Shown here: positions 38,961 to 49,230 of the stretch, piece after piece | Layout of the letters: each line of letters opens with the position of its first letter | Numbering within the stretch: the first letter of the stretch is position 1 | Virus record (IMG/VR): IMGVR_UViG_3300028920_000065 | Location: 1 to 64,000 of that record | Direction: 5' to 3' (one strand) | From: a virus | Length of the DNA: 64,000 bases | Notes under the pieces: generated by a model | What the model saw: the letters and a program-made list of their open reading frames with translations, nothing else | What the model was told of the DNA's origin: nothing | Database searches by the model: none | Translations under genes and position numbers: made by a program

Positions 38961-40475
38961 TTGGATCAAAAAGTTTATTTTGGAAAATATAATTCAACAT
39001 TTGTCAAGTTTCAAACATACAATAGTAATGCTGTTTCAGAAATAAAAAATTTCTTAACATATAAAACATCAGATTTTCATAAAAAATATAAAAAGATAGA
39101 TAAAAAATGCTTGATTAAAAACAATTGTTTTATTCCAATTGGACTAGTTGAAGGTGTTATAGAATTTATACAATCACGTGGTTATGAAATTGTTTGTGAT
39201 CCTAGAATATTTGAAAAAAATAATATACAAAAAGAAGATGTTGAAGCACTTATAAAAAAATTAGAATTAAAACATGTTCCACATTATTATCAAATTGATG
39301 CTGTTTATAAAGTATTGAGAAATAAAAGACAACTTCTTTTAAGTCCAACATCATCTGGAAAATCTTTAATTGCAACAATTCTTGTTATGATTTATACATT
39401 ATTAAAGAAAGATAAATTAAAACAGGTTCTTTTTGTTGTTCCATCAAAAAATTTAGTTGATCAAATGTATTATGATATGATAAATTATTTTTCTAATAAT
39501 GATTCTGTTGATGTATCAAAATTAGTACAAAGAATACATGGAGAAATACCACATAATAAAAGAGATCTTTCAAGACCTATTGTTTTAACAACCTGGCAAT
39601 CTGAAAAAAGAACATCTTTTGATTTTCAAAATGAATTTGGTTCAAATTTTTTACAGAATGTTGGAATGTTAGTATATGATGAGGCTCATCTTTCTAAATC
39701 AAAAATATCACATTACATTTGTAATTCGTGTTATAACGCTGATTATAGAATTGGAATGACAGGAACATTATTTGATGAAGATGATGATGCTGGATTTTTG
39801 AACAATCAAATAATTAAGGGAATGTTTGGAGAAATTTTCCAAACAATTTCAACACGGGAAATGATTGATTGTGGATTTGCTGCTGATATTGAAATTAATC
39901 ATCTTTTATTTAATTTTGGACAATATGATAAATTAGAATATCGGGAAGAACTTGAGGAGATTTATTTAAATCAAAATTACTTTAATTATATAGTAAATTT
40001 TATTGGAAAAATAGATAATTTTAATGCTATATGTTTATATAAATCTTTGAAATATGGTGATATGATTAAAAAGGAATTACAGAGAAAATTTCCAAATAAA
40101 ATTGTTTATATGATTAATGGTTCTGTTTCTGCAAAAGATAGAAATGATATTAGAACTTTAATGGAAAACAATAAAAATGTTATATTACTCGGAACATATC
40201 AAACTATTTCAACAGGATTTTCTGTTAAGCATATGAAATATTGTATTTTTGTTGAATCAATGAAATCTAAAATAAAATGTTTACAATCTCTTGGAAGATT
40301 ATTAAGAAAGCATAAAGATATTGAGAAAACTATTCTTTATGATTTTGTTCCAATATTTAGATATAAACATAAAAAAGGATATATGAGGAAACATTTTGAA
40401 AGTCGTATAAAATATTTTGATAAAGAAAATCATAATTATAATATTATGCAGGTTAAAGATTACGAATGGAAATAA
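38961..40475 (+). CDS. uvsW: UvsW DNA helicase
   Basis: PHYYQIDAV, SPTSSGKSL, YDEAH, GMTGT, STGFSV, LQSLGRLLRKH. Confidence 0.92.
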   Translation: MDQKVYFGKYNSTFVKFQTYNSNAVSEIKNFLTYKTSDFHKKYKKIDKKCLIKNNCFIPIGLVEGVIEFIQSRGYEIVCDPRIFEKNNIQKEDVEALIKKLELKHVPHYYQIDAVYKVLRNKRQLLLSPTSSGKSLIATILVMIYTLLKKDKLKQVLFVVPSKNLVDQMYYDMINYFSNNDSVDVSKLVQRIHGEIPHNKRDLSRPIVLTTWQSEKRTSFDFQNEFGSNFLQNVGMLVYDEAHLSKSKISHYICNSCYNADYRIGMTGTLFDEDDDAGFLNNQIIKGMFGEIFQTISTREMIDCGFAADIEINHLLFNFGQYDKLEYREELEEIYLNQNYFNYIVNFIGKIDNFNAICLYKSLKYGDMIKKELQRKFPNKIVYMINGSVSAKDRNDIRTLMENNKNVILLGTYQTISTGFSVKHMKYCIFVESMKSKIKCLQSLGRLLRKHKDIEKTILYDFVPIFRYKHKKGYMRKHFESRIKYFDKENHNYNIMQVKDYEWK

Positions 40476-40517
40476 ATAATTCTGAATGAATTTATTGGAG
40501 AGAATTTAATGGCTGAT
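40472..40517 (+). repeat. 46-bp late promoter/RBS/start cassette, copy 1
   Basis: Identical to 56601-56646. Confidence 0.9.
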
Positions 40518-41123
40518 TATAATTTAAATGAACTTTATGATACTGAAACAACAGAATTAACAAGTGATTTAGTTGATGAATTATGTCAGGAATATGGAAT
40601 TCCCTGTTATTATCTAAAGAAAACAAATGTTAATCTTGATAGAGTTTTTGGTTCAGATGATTTACAAAAATATGAAAGTGCTACAAATATACTTCTTCTT
40701 CCTGAAAATCCAAGTTTTTTTGGTGGATCTGGAGATATTTTTGGGAAATTTGGTATCGAAGGATTTGATAGCATGACAATGTTTATTGAAATTAATAGGT
40801 TTCAAACTGAAATATCGAAAACAACTCCTGAAACAGATGATATTTTATATATTCCAGTGTTTAATTCATGGTATCAAGTTACGTTTGATGATGATGAAGG
40901 TGATGATAATAGTGATGCTCTATTTTATGCAAATGGTGAATTATCTGCTTTTAAAATTAATTTAATGAAATATGAATATAGTCATGAAGATATTACAGCA
41001 ACCGCAGTTGCTTCATATTTACCTGATTATGAAAATCAAACAAATGATGATAATGATGTTATTGATAGTGTTGAGCAAGAGGATATGGTAATTGATGATT
41101 TTGATGATATTTTTGAAGATTAA
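40509..41123 (+). CDS. 14: Neck protein gp14-like
   Basis: LVDELCQEYGIPCYYL...DRVFGSD...FFGGSGDIFGKFGIE...PETDDILYIP...KYEYSHE. Confidence 0.88.
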   Translation: MADYNLNELYDTETTELTSDLVDELCQEYGIPCYYLKKTNVNLDRVFGSDDLQKYESATNILLLPENPSFFGGSGDIFGKFGIEGFDSMTMFIEINRFQTEISKTTPETDDILYIPVFNSWYQVTFDDDEGDDNSDALFYANGELSAFKINLMKYEYSHEDITATAVASYLPDYENQTNDDNDVIDSVEQEDMVIDDFDDIFED

Positions 41124-41136
41124 TTTAAAAAAATTC

Positions 41137-41166
41137 TTTACATTCTTAAAAAAACTTGTATAAAAT
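41137..41166 (+). promoter_or_regulatory. Early/middle-type promoter for gp33-32-45-44 operon
   Basis: TTTACATTCTTAAAAAAACTTGTATAAAAT. Confidence 0.78.
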
Positions 41167-41195
41167 AATTAGTTGATTGATTAATAGAGGAAATT

Positions 41196-41516
41196 ATGAA
41201 GGATTTAGAATATTTTTTGGATTTAGCTTATAAATTAAAAATAATTGATAAAAAACCAGATGGGTTTAATTTAAGGGAAGAAAAAGATAATCTAAATACT
41301 ATTTCTATTAATGATTTACATGATTTATTAGTAATAAGAGGAAAAGAAATAGGATACCAGCGGGCATTGAATGAATTTGAAAAAAAAGGATATTTAGAAA
41401 AAATAAAATTAGAGAAATTAAGAGGAACAATTTTTGCAGGATTATTAGAGGATGAATTAAAGGAAAAAAATTATTTTAAAAAAGGAAAAAAAGAAGATGA
41501 AACGGATTTATTTTAG
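41196..41516 (+). CDS. Possible late-transcription coactivator gp33
   Basis: GYQRALNEF...LEDELKEKNYFK pattern, acidic-hydrophobic C-terminus (ETDLF), next to gp32 as in T4. Confidence 0.45.
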   Translation: MKDLEYFLDLAYKLKIIDKKPDGFNLREEKDNLNTISINDLHDLLVIRGKEIGYQRALNEFEKKGYLEKIKLEKLRGTIFAGLLEDELKEKNYFKKGKKEDETDLF

Positions 41517-41531
41517 GAAAATTAGGAGGAA

Positions 41532-42563
41532 ATGATGTCATTAATGAATCTTAATGATTTACTCAATGGTGATGCAGCTAAAGCCGCATTTGAGGAAACA
41601 CAAAAACAGGTTGGCAGACCTAGTTTTAATTATGCTACTGATGAAACAATTTATAAACCAAAACATAAAGATGGAAAAGAAAATGTTTGTGTGGTTTATT
41701 TATTGCCAAATCCACATATTTCAAAAATTCAAATTGGAGAAAAGGAATATGAAAAAAGATTTAATATTGTAACTGAATGGTTTCACCGTTTTCAGGAAGG
41801 AAATGTTGATATTAATGAAGTTGACCCAATGATATTATATCAGGTCGACGCACAATATAGAGAATGTCCAATTTGCTCAAAAGTGTATGAAATGTTTCCA
41901 TATTCAAAAACTGAAACCGAATCAAACAAAAAAATGAGAGGAGAAAGAAAAAGGAAACGATACACTTGGGTCAATGTTTATGTAGAAAAAGATTCTTTCT
42001 TTCCAGAAAATGAAGGCAAAGTTTTAAAGTTAAGATTAAATTTTGAGTTGTTGGATATTGTTGAAACTGCTATGGCAGGAAAAAAGCTTGGAGAAAGTGA
42101 AGAGTATGTTACTAAACCATACAATCCGTTTGATTATTCCAATGGATTGAAAAATAAAAAATTGATTTTAACATGTAAACCAGCTTCTTTTAATGATAAA
42201 TATACATCTTATTCAGGATCATCTTTTTCGGCTGATGAATTTGAATTTCTTGATGGAGATATTGAAAGATTCAAAGAAGTTGTTACACAGTGTCATGATT
42301 TATGGAAAGAAATGATTGAACCTAAGGTTACATTGCTAAAAACAAAAGAGCAGTTAGATGCAAGGGTAAAATCAATTTATGGTGAAGGATCCCTTCCAGA
42401 AACACAAAAGGAGGAAGTAACAAACGATATTCCAATACTTGATGAATCAAAAGAAACAGAAAAGAAAGAAGATGAAGTCTCACTAGAAAAAGAAAAAAAA
42501 GATCAAGTTTCAAATGATATAAATTTTAATGAAGAAATCGATTGGGATGCTTTTACTAATTAA
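41532..42563 (+). CDS. 32: Single-stranded DNA-binding protein gp32
   Basis: DETIYKP, LP, H.F, CPIC, NVYVEKD..PENEGKV, NPFD, acidic tail. Confidence 0.88.
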   Translation: MMSLMNLNDLLNGDAAKAAFEETQKQVGRPSFNYATDETIYKPKHKDGKENVCVVYLLPNPHISKIQIGEKEYEKRFNIVTEWFHRFQEGNVDINEVDPMILYQVDAQYRECPICSKVYEMFPYSKTETESNKKMRGERKRKRYTWVNVYVEKDSFFPENEGKVLKLRLNFELLDIVETAMAGKKLGESEEYVTKPYNPFDYSNGLKNKKLILTCKPASFNDKYTSYSGSSFSADEFEFLDGDIERFKEVVTQCHDLWKEMIEPKVTLLKTKEQLDARVKSIYGEGSLPETQKEEVTNDIPILDESKETEKKEDEVSLEKEKKDQVSNDINFNEEIDWDAFTN

Positions 42564-42574
42564 GGAGAATTATA

Positions 42575-43333
42575 ATGACAGAAAAGAAAAATATTTTAGA
42601 TCATTCTATCTTTTCAAAAATATCAAATATAACAAAATGCCTTTGGGTTAATAGGGATAGAATAGTTGCAACTGGAAAAGTACTTGATCCACCAAAAAAC
42701 GTTATTTTGAGATATAAACCAGAAAATGGCATCTTTAATTTTGAGTTTGGAATTTCTGGATTATCTGATTTTATATCTGCAATATCAGCGTTTAAAAAAA
42801 TTACTCTTGATTACCAGGAGCCAATTTTAAAAATTAAATCTGAAGATTCAAACTCTATGCTAACATATAGGACAACAAAAAAAGAAATTTTACAAGAAAA
42901 AGTTATTGAATCAACTAATCTTGGTGAAAAATTAATGGAACAATCTAAAAAATTGATCGATAATAATAAACATTGTTCATTTACTATAACTGACGATATG
43001 ATGACTAGAATTATAAAAATGGGTCGTCATATTTCATCAGGAACATCTGCAAAAATAAATTTTAGAAAAGTTGCTTCTGATGACGTTGTTTTAATTACAA
43101 TTCAGCATAAGGATTCTATAATAGAATTTTCTTCCAGTATAGAAATTGAAAATCCTGGATCAATAATTGAATTTGATCATGAATTTAATGTGGATTGTTT
43201 GTTGCCTGGAGAATGGAAATTAAATGTTTTCAATTCAACTATTGAACATGCTGGTAATCAGATTCCAACAATTTGGACTTATATGTCTAACAATGAAGAT
43301 ATGGAAATGATTATAACACATGATAACAAATAA
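42575..43333 (+). CDS. 45: Sliding clamp gp45-like
   Basis: EFGISGLSDFISAISAF and CLLPGEW motifs; position between gp32 and gp44. Confidence 0.7.
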   Translation: MTEKKNILDHSIFSKISNITKCLWVNRDRIVATGKVLDPPKNVILRYKPENGIFNFEFGISGLSDFISAISAFKKITLDYQEPILKIKSEDSNSMLTYRTTKKEILQEKVIESTNLGEKLMEQSKKLIDNNKHCSFTITDDMMTRIIKMGRHISSGTSAKINFRKVASDDVVLITIQHKDSIIEFSSSIEIENPGSIIEFDHEFNVDCLLPGEWKLNVFNSTIEHAGNQIPTIWTYMSNNEDMEMIITHDNK

Positions 43334-43337
43334 TTTT

Positions 43338-43356
43338 GGAGGACCTTGTGTCCTCC
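43338..43356 (+). terminator. GC-rich hairpin after gp45 (weak terminator or stabiliser)
   Basis: GGAGGAC-CTTGT-GTCCTCC; weak U-tract. Confidence 0.45.
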
Positions 43357-43378
43357 TATTGAATGTTTTGGAGGAAAT

Positions 43379-43702
43379 ATGATATATTTTAAAAGCCAAT
43401 TTACGGAGAAACAATATAAAGGAAAGATAGAAATAGATATAGAAAGAAATTCAGATATAATATTTAGAACAGACCCTAAAAGAACAATTTATTTTGCTGA
43501 AAATGGTGAAAAATTTGAAATTAAATACAATAAATGGCAAAGTACTCAACTATCTTTTTATTTAAATGAACTTGTTATTGGTGGTGATGGAAAAACTAAA
43601 ATTGAAGTTGAAGTTGAAGGAGTTGATTCTAAAGAAAAAGCTGATAATTTTAGGCGAGCTATTATGAAGTTTAATAAAGAACATGAGGAGATTTTAATAT
43701 GA
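43379..43702 (+). CDS. Hypothetical protein
   Basis: GGAGG RBS before ATG 43379. Confidence 0.65.
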   Translation: MIYFKSQFTEKQYKGKIEIDIERNSDIIFRTDPKRTIYFAENGEKFEIKYNKWQSTQLSFYLNELVIGGDGKTKIEVEVEGVDSKEKADNFRRAIMKFNKEHEEILI

Positions 43703-44631
43703 ATATTAAAACATACCTCATTGAAGAAAAATATAATCCCGATGATTTAGAAACTATTATTCTTCCAGAGAGATTAAAATCTTTATTGAATGGTATAAAA
43801 GAAAGTGGTAATATTACAAGTTATTTGTTTTCAGGACCAGGAGGAACTGGAAAAACAACTTCTGCTGTTGCCTTGTGTAAAGTACTTGGACTTGATTATG
43901 AAATATGGCCCTGTTCAATTAACAATAAGGTTGATTATGTTAATGAGGTTATAGCACGTAAAGCTGAAAATGGTTCGTTATATGGTGATTATAAGGTTAT
44001 TATTGGAGATGAAGCGGATAGACTTTATCTTGATGCACAGCAAGCATTAAGAAATATTATGAGTGGGAATCTTAATCATTGTAGATGGATTCTCACTGCT
44101 AATTTTCCAGAAAAAATTATTGATCCTCTTAAGACGGGCAGAACTCCTTTGATTGATTTTTCTTATTCTGAAGAGGAGAAAAAAGAAGTTGTTCCTATTT
44201 TATTTAAAAGATTAGTTGAAATTTGTGATTCAGAAGGAATAAAAATTGATAATAAAAATTCATTTGCAAAATTTGTTTTTGAAAATATTCCAAATATAAG
44301 ATTTATATTAAAATCAATACAAATGATTGCTGTACAAAATGCAGGTAAAATTCCTGAAAATATTACAATTAAAAGGGAACAGCTAACATTAGAATATTTC
44401 AAGACAATTTTAAATTCTGATTATAAAGAACTAACGAGATTTGTCAATAAGACTCCACAAACTGTAATTATGCGTTTTATTGATGATAATCTTGATGAAT
44501 TAGTGAAGGATCCAGAAAAACAATTATTAATTATGCAATATGCAGCTAATTTCCAAGGATTAGAAAAAGGAGTTGAAAGTATTTATACAAAAGCATTTTT
44601 ATTAAATTTAAAAAAGATAATTGGAGGTTAA
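43699..44631 (+). CDS. 44: Clamp loader large subunit gp44 (RFC-like AAA+)
   Basis: EKYNP...IILP, GPGGTGKTT, IGDEADRL, AQQALR, ILTANF. Confidence 0.92.
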   Translation: MNIKTYLIEEKYNPDDLETIILPERLKSLLNGIKESGNITSYLFSGPGGTGKTTSAVALCKVLGLDYEIWPCSINNKVDYVNEVIARKAENGSLYGDYKVIIGDEADRLYLDAQQALRNIMSGNLNHCRWILTANFPEKIIDPLKTGRTPLIDFSYSEEEKKEVVPILFKRLVEICDSEGIKIDNKNSFAKFVFENIPNIRFILKSIQMIAVQNAGKIPENITIKREQLTLEYFKTILNSDYKELTRFVNKTPQTVIMRFIDDNLDELVKDPEKQLLIMQYAANFQGLEKGVESIYTKAFLLNLKKIIGG

Positions 44632-44632
44632 T

Positions 44633-44929
44633 TTGAATCAAGCAATAGGGAAAAGAAAATGTCAAAGATGTGGTCATAATGTTTCTATAGATAAATGTTT
44701 TGAAAGAAAGATTGATAATAGTTTTAATGAGGTTCTTTGTGATAGATGTGTTGAGTCATTAAAAGAATATGGAATTTTATTTGAATTTGGAGGTGGTGGA
44801 ATTTTTTCTTATCAAGTTGAAGGAATTATAAGAAAAATTCTTGAGCATGAGAAAACAATAGATATTAAAAAATCTCGTATTAAAGATTTGAAGTTTATTT
44901 TAAAAAGAATTGGAATAGATTATGATTAA
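44633..44929 (+). CDS. Zinc-finger protein
   Basis: CQRCG...LCDRC. Confidence 0.55.
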   Translation: MNQAIGKRKCQRCGHNVSIDKCFERKIDNSFNEVLCDRCVESLKEYGILFEFGGGGIFSYQVEGIIRKILEHEKTIDIKKSRIKDLKFILKRIGIDYD

Positions 44930-44934
44930 TAAAA

Positions 44935-45020
44935 TCATTCTCAGGCTTTTGTATTTAACTTATGAGCAATTTTTTCATAAAATGAATAGTAGAGTATAGG
45001 TAATGTTTTTTTAACGTTTA
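44935..45020. repeat. Dispersed intergenic element, copy 3 (inverted)
   Basis: Reverse complement TTACCTATACTCTACTATT...AAAAATTGCTCATAAGTTAAATACAAAAGCCTGAGA aligns with the 53.3-kb copy. Confidence 0.7.
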
Positions 45021-45033
45021 AGAGGAGAAAAAA

Positions 45034-45153
45034 ATGAAAGTAAATGAAAAAAAGATGAGAAACAGAGATGGAACAGGACCGGCCGGAAAAGGTCCAAAAA
45101 CTGGTAGAGGTCAAGGTGGATGTAAAAAGGGCGGAAAAAAGAAAGGAAATTAA
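45034..45153 (+). CDS. 39-aa Gly/Lys-rich peptide with DUF5320-like motif
   Basis: GAGGAG RBS; MKVNEKKMRNRDGTGPAGKGPKTGRGQGGCKKGGKKKGN; below track cutoff. Confidence 0.75.
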   Translation: MKVNEKKMRNRDGTGPAGKGPKTGRGQGGCKKGGKKKGN

Positions 45154-45341
45154 TTTAAGATTTTGTTTATTTCATCAATTCTTTGAATTAATCGATTTCT
45201 TTCTTTTTTAAGTGATTCTTTATCAATATTTTCTGATATAATTTCAACCTCATATTTACATTTTCCTAATAATCTCTTTGGAACATCAAATATTTTTATA
45301 TAAGCATCATTGTTTTGAACTTCAATGATTGTTTTCCACAT
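45150..45341 (-). CDS. Small hypothetical protein with its own sigma70 promoter
   Basis: TTGACA-17-TATAAT at 45411-45439 (minus); RBS-associated ATG at ~45376 is in another frame. Confidence 0.5.
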   Translation of the reverse strand: MWKTIIEVQNNDAYIKIFDVPKRLLGKCKYEVEIISENIDKESLKKERNRLIQRIDEINKILN

Positions 45342-45452
45342 AAAGTTTATTTTGAATTTTTTTAATGCTAATCATGATTGCCTCCAATAAAATAAATTTA
45401 CACCCTATATATTATAGTATTTTTTGACAATTTTGTCAAGATAAATAATTTT

Positions 45453-45986
45453 ATGAAGAAAAAAAAATATCAACAAGGAAAAATAATTCTTCTTTCAGAA
45501 GAACTTAAGAAAAAATATAAAGGCAACGTCAATAATATTATTTTTAGATCAGGATGGGAACGGGATTTCTTTTTTGTTTTAATGAAAAATAAAAATATTT
45601 ATTCTGTTTCTTCTGAAGAAACAGTTATTCCATATATAAAACCAACAGATGGAAAGGTCCATAGATATTTTATGGATTTTGCTTTTGAATATATTTCAAG
45701 AAAAGGAAAAAAGAGAAAAGCATTGGTTGAAGTTAAACCATTTAAGCAAACACAAAGACCAAAGAAAACAATAATAACAAAAAGACACAAAAAACCAAAA
45801 GAATATTATGAAAGGAAATATTTAAGGGATATTTTGACATATGAGATAAATATTGCTAAGTGGAAAGCAGCACAGGAATATGCCATTAAAAACGGATACT
45901 CTTTTTATATTCTAACAGAAAACCCAAAAGCAAATAAAAGATATAAAATGTGGAAATATGAGGAAATAATAAAATCAGAATATTAA
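45453..45986 (+). CDS. 4: Head completion nuclease gp4 (TnsA-like)
   Basis: KYKGNVNNIIFRSGWE, SSEE..IPY..PTDGKVHRYFMDF, VEVKP, NIAKWKAA, ILTE. Confidence 0.92.
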   Translation: MKKKKYQQGKIILLSEELKKKYKGNVNNIIFRSGWERDFFFVLMKNKNIYSVSSEETVIPYIKPTDGKVHRYFMDFAFEYISRKGKKRKALVEVKPFKQTQRPKKTIITKRHKKPKEYYERKYLRDILTYEINIAKWKAAQEYAIKNGYSFYILTENPKANKRYKMWKYEEIIKSEY

Positions 45987-46034
45987 TTAAAATGTGTTTT
46001 AATAAATAATTTTGAATGATTATATAGGTGAAAA

Positions 46035-46700
46035 ATGGTTGATAACATCAATGAAGCAAGTATTAAAAAAGGTGTTAGATGGTTTCTTGATAAAATAAAG
46101 AAGTCTGTTTCTAAAAGAAAAGAAGATAAACATCCCAAAGATATTGAAACTTCAAAAGAAGCAAAAGCAAATCTTCATAATTTTAATTTATACACTACTT
46201 TATATCCGATGCCAAAAACAAAAGATGAGCTTCCATTTTATGATGCAATGCCTTTATTTTTTCCACTTCAGGTTGTAAAAGGAAGTGATGGAGCACTTTT
46301 ACATTCTTTAAATTTACATTATTTACCTCCAAATCTTAGATTAAAATTTCTTAAAGAAATAGAAATTCTTGTTAGAAAAGATGCAGAAATGAAAGGATAT
46401 GAACCAGATGAACTTTCAACTTATCCAAAAGGCAATTTAACTCGTTCAGTTGGTAGATATGTTGCAAAAGTTTATCAGTATGGTGGTGGTTCTGCTGGTG
46501 CTATGATTAGAGCAGCCTATAGGTCATATTTTTTTTCTAGAATGCGCGGGAAATTAAAATATATTCCTGTAACAGAATGGGAAAAAGCTGGACGACTTAT
46601 ATTACCAGTATGGAGAAAAGCTGGACCAGCTGAAGTATATAAAGAAGTTAGAAATACATATAACAAATATAAAAACAATTATAGGTCATCAATTTATTAA
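46035..46700 (+). CDS. 2: DNA end protector gp2-like
   Basis: PKTKDELPFYDAMPL, LNLHYLPPNLR, YRSY, EWEKA. Confidence 0.88.
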   Translation: MVDNINEASIKKGVRWFLDKIKKSVSKRKEDKHPKDIETSKEAKANLHNFNLYTTLYPMPKTKDELPFYDAMPLFFPLQVVKGSDGALLHSLNLHYLPPNLRLKFLKEIEILVRKDAEMKGYEPDELSTYPKGNLTRSVGRYVAKVYQYGGGSAGAMIRAAYRSYFFSRMRGKLKYIPVTEWEKAGRLILPVWRKAGPAEVYKEVRNTYNKYKNNYRSSIY

Positions 46701-46735
46701 TAATAAATAATTTTGAATTATAAGAGGAAAAAAAT

Positions 46736-48154
46736 ATGGCAGTGCTAATAAGTGAAGCATCGAAAATAATAAAAGCATTAGATAAAGATAATTTTAATCA
46801 AATAACTGTTGATAAAGAACAATTATCAAACCAATTTTTTTCAGTGGCAAAATATGGAAAATCAAGTAATCCTGAAAAAATGGAGATGTTAAAAACTTTA
46901 ATTAAAAAATGGAGACAATATTCTAAATTTCCAAAAGTAGCAAGTTCTATTATGAATATAAAATCTGAAGCTGTTGTTGCTGGAGATCGTGATGTTGTCA
47001 TGTTAGATAGTTCTGATTTAGATTCATTTAATTTAAGAGAGTCAGAAATTAATAAATTAAAAGAAGTTTTACCAGAAAGATTTTCAAGAATATTAAAAAA
47101 AGTTAGATTTAATCAATTTGGTTCCAAATATTTTGAGAATTGGTATGTTGACGGTAGATTATATGTTTATATAGAAACAGATGAAGATGGTATTAAAGAT
47201 TATCGTTTTCTTGATCCTTTAAAACTGACTCTTGTAAAAAAAGAAAAGAAATTAATTTATGAATATGATACTGAAAACAATGGAGAGGAAAAAAAATTAG
47301 AAATTCCATATAATAAAGTATATTTTATTTCTTCTGGTCTTGAAAATGAAAATGGAATTGTTATTTCTTATTTAAATAAGGCAATTCGTCCAATAAATCT
47401 TTTAATGATGATGGAAAATTCTTTAGTAATTCAAAGATTTGTAAGGGCACCAGAAAGATGGGTATTTAAGCTTGATGTTTCTGGAATGAATAAAAAACGT
47501 GCAAAACAATATATGGAAAATATGAGATCAAAATATAGGGCACGATTTACAATAGATGCAATTACAGGAGAATTATCTGGAAATAATATGACTCTTGCAA
47601 TGCAAGAAAATTTATATATTCCAAAAACTAATTCTCAGAATGGTGGTCATGATATTGATACAATAGGTGGCACTCAAAATCTTGGGGATATAGATGATAT
47701 TTTATTTTGGGATAGAAAAGTTGATGAAGCACTTCATACACCAAAAACAGAAGGTGGTGAGGAATCAATTGTTTCTTTCGGATCAAGAATAGAAGAAATT
47801 TCCAGGGCAGAATATAAATTTTTTAGATTTATTAAAATGTTGAGATCTTATTTTAATCAATTATTTAATATATTGTTAAAAGTTGATGTACTTGCTGCCG
47901 GAATTACAAAAGAATCAGTTTGGGAAGAAATTGAAGATGATTTAATTTTTGTTTATAAAAATGATTCAATTTATGAGGAAAATAAAGAAAGAAATAAATT
48001 AGAAAATAAATTTGAATTTTTACAAAATTATGAGCAATTACTTCTTAAATATTATGGTGAAACATATATTAGAAAACGAATTTTAAAGCAAACAGATGAG
48101 GAAATAAAAGTTTCTGAAAAAGAAAAACCAAAAGAAACTGAGGAGGAATATTAA
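46736..48154 (+). CDS. 20: Portal protein gp20
   Basis: WYVDGR, SYLNKAIRPINLLMMMENSLVIQRFVRAPERWVF, GGTQNLGDIDD, EISRAEYKF. Confidence 0.95.
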   Translation: MAVLISEASKIIKALDKDNFNQITVDKEQLSNQFFSVAKYGKSSNPEKMEMLKTLIKKWRQYSKFPKVASSIMNIKSEAVVAGDRDVVMLDSSDLDSFNLRESEINKLKEVLPERFSRILKKVRFNQFGSKYFENWYVDGRLYVYIETDEDGIKDYRFLDPLKLTLVKKEKKLIYEYDTENNGEEKKLEIPYNKVYFISSGLENENGIVISYLNKAIRPINLLMMMENSLVIQRFVRAPERWVFKLDVSGMNKKRAKQYMENMRSKYRARFTIDAITGELSGNNMTLAMQENLYIPKTNSQNGGHDIDTIGGTQNLGDIDDILFWDRKVDEALHTPKTEGGEESIVSFGSRIEEISRAEYKFFRFIKMLRSYFNQLFNILLKVDVLAAGITKESVWEEIEDDLIFVYKNDSIYEENKERNKLENKFEFLQNYEQLLLKYYGETYIRKRILKQTDEEIKVSEKEKPKETEEEY

Positions 48155-48477
48155 TGAAACTTGTATTTAAAAACAATAAATTTAATTTATATGAAGATAA
48201 AGAATATGAAGAAATAAAAGAAGGTATTGGTGATGCTGTTCTTGGTGCTCTACTTGGATTTTCCGCTGGAAAAATTAAAAATAAAGTAGATTTTTCTAAA
48301 TATAACCTTTATATGGGCGACAATGTAACAACTATAAAAGTTGATGCAATGAGACAAAAGAGAAAATATAAAGGAATATTAACATTTAGAGGAAATAAAC
48401 CATATGTAACTATAACATCTGGACCTACAAATGTGGGGGAACTCGTTCCTTGGACACCCGAATGGATAAAAGATTAA
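48154..48477 (+). CDS. Hypothetical prohead/internal protein
   Basis: Between portal and protease; LYE/IKE motifs. Confidence 0.6.
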   Translation: MKLVFKNNKFNLYEDKEYEEIKEGIGDAVLGALLGFSAGKIKNKVDFSKYNLYMGDNVTTIKVDAMRQKRKYKGILTFRGNKPYVTITSGPTNVGELVPWTPEWIKD

Positions 48478-48517
48478 TAAATAATTCTGATAAGAATAAT
48501 TATTTGGTGGTAAAATT

Positions 48518-49201
48518 ATGCAAAATATAATTGAATATGTAGAAGATTTTAGAAATTTTTCAGAAGTTATAACTGAAGAAATAAATGGAAATCAACAATT
48601 ATTTTTAGAAGGAATATTTGCTCAATTTGAAGTTTTTAATGCAAATAATAGATGGTATCAACTCAGAGAAGGTGAAGCGGTTGTTAATGATTTTAATATG
48701 AATAGAATTCCAAGAAGGGATAAAATATTTGGTGAACTTGATCATTCAACAGAATCATCTCCACAATTCCATAGAATGGCTCTTATTTTTGAAACTCCTT
48801 TGAGAATAGATAATAATAATTTAATTGCAAGGGCAAGGGTACTTGATAATACATTATATGGGCAAACTTTACGAGTTGTATTAGAAGAAAAATTAAAATT
48901 TGGTGCATCAACTAAAGGTGTAGGAAATCTTTCTAATACAAGAAAAGTTGGAAAAAGAGGTAAACTTGTTTCTAATTGGCAATTAAAAAATGTTGGAGAT
49001 ATTGTTGTGGATCAATCTGCTCCAAATGCTGTACCAATGGTAATAATGGAAATGATTATGTCTGGTGATAAGAGAATGGAAAAAATATTCGGAACAGAAA
49101 TTGTTTATAATACACAAAACGACATTTTAATAACTAAAAAATCTGATTTAGATGAGAAAACTTTAAAAATTTGGAATAAATTAATGAATATTAATATATA
49201 A
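48518..49201 (+). CDS. 21: Prohead protease gp21
   Basis: LEGIFAQ, NANNRWY, FGELDH, GASTKGVG, DIVVDQSAPNA. Confidence 0.92.
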   Translation: MQNIIEYVEDFRNFSEVITEEINGNQQLFLEGIFAQFEVFNANNRWYQLREGEAVVNDFNMNRIPRRDKIFGELDHSTESSPQFHRMALIFETPLRIDNNNLIARARVLDNTLYGQTLRVVLEEKLKFGASTKGVGNLSNTRKVGKRGKLVSNWQLKNVGDIVVDQSAPNAVPMVIMEMIMSGDKRMEKIFGTEIVYNTQNDILITKKSDLDEKTLKIWNKLMNINI

Positions 49202-49230
49202 ATAATAATGAAAAGAATAGGAGATTTAAA

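Noticed and set aside
45341-45385. Possible programmed frameshift at an A7 run joining an RBS-led ATG to the 63-aa ORF
   Set aside because: Cannot be distinguished from a homopolymer error or simple mutation; no stimulatory structure seen
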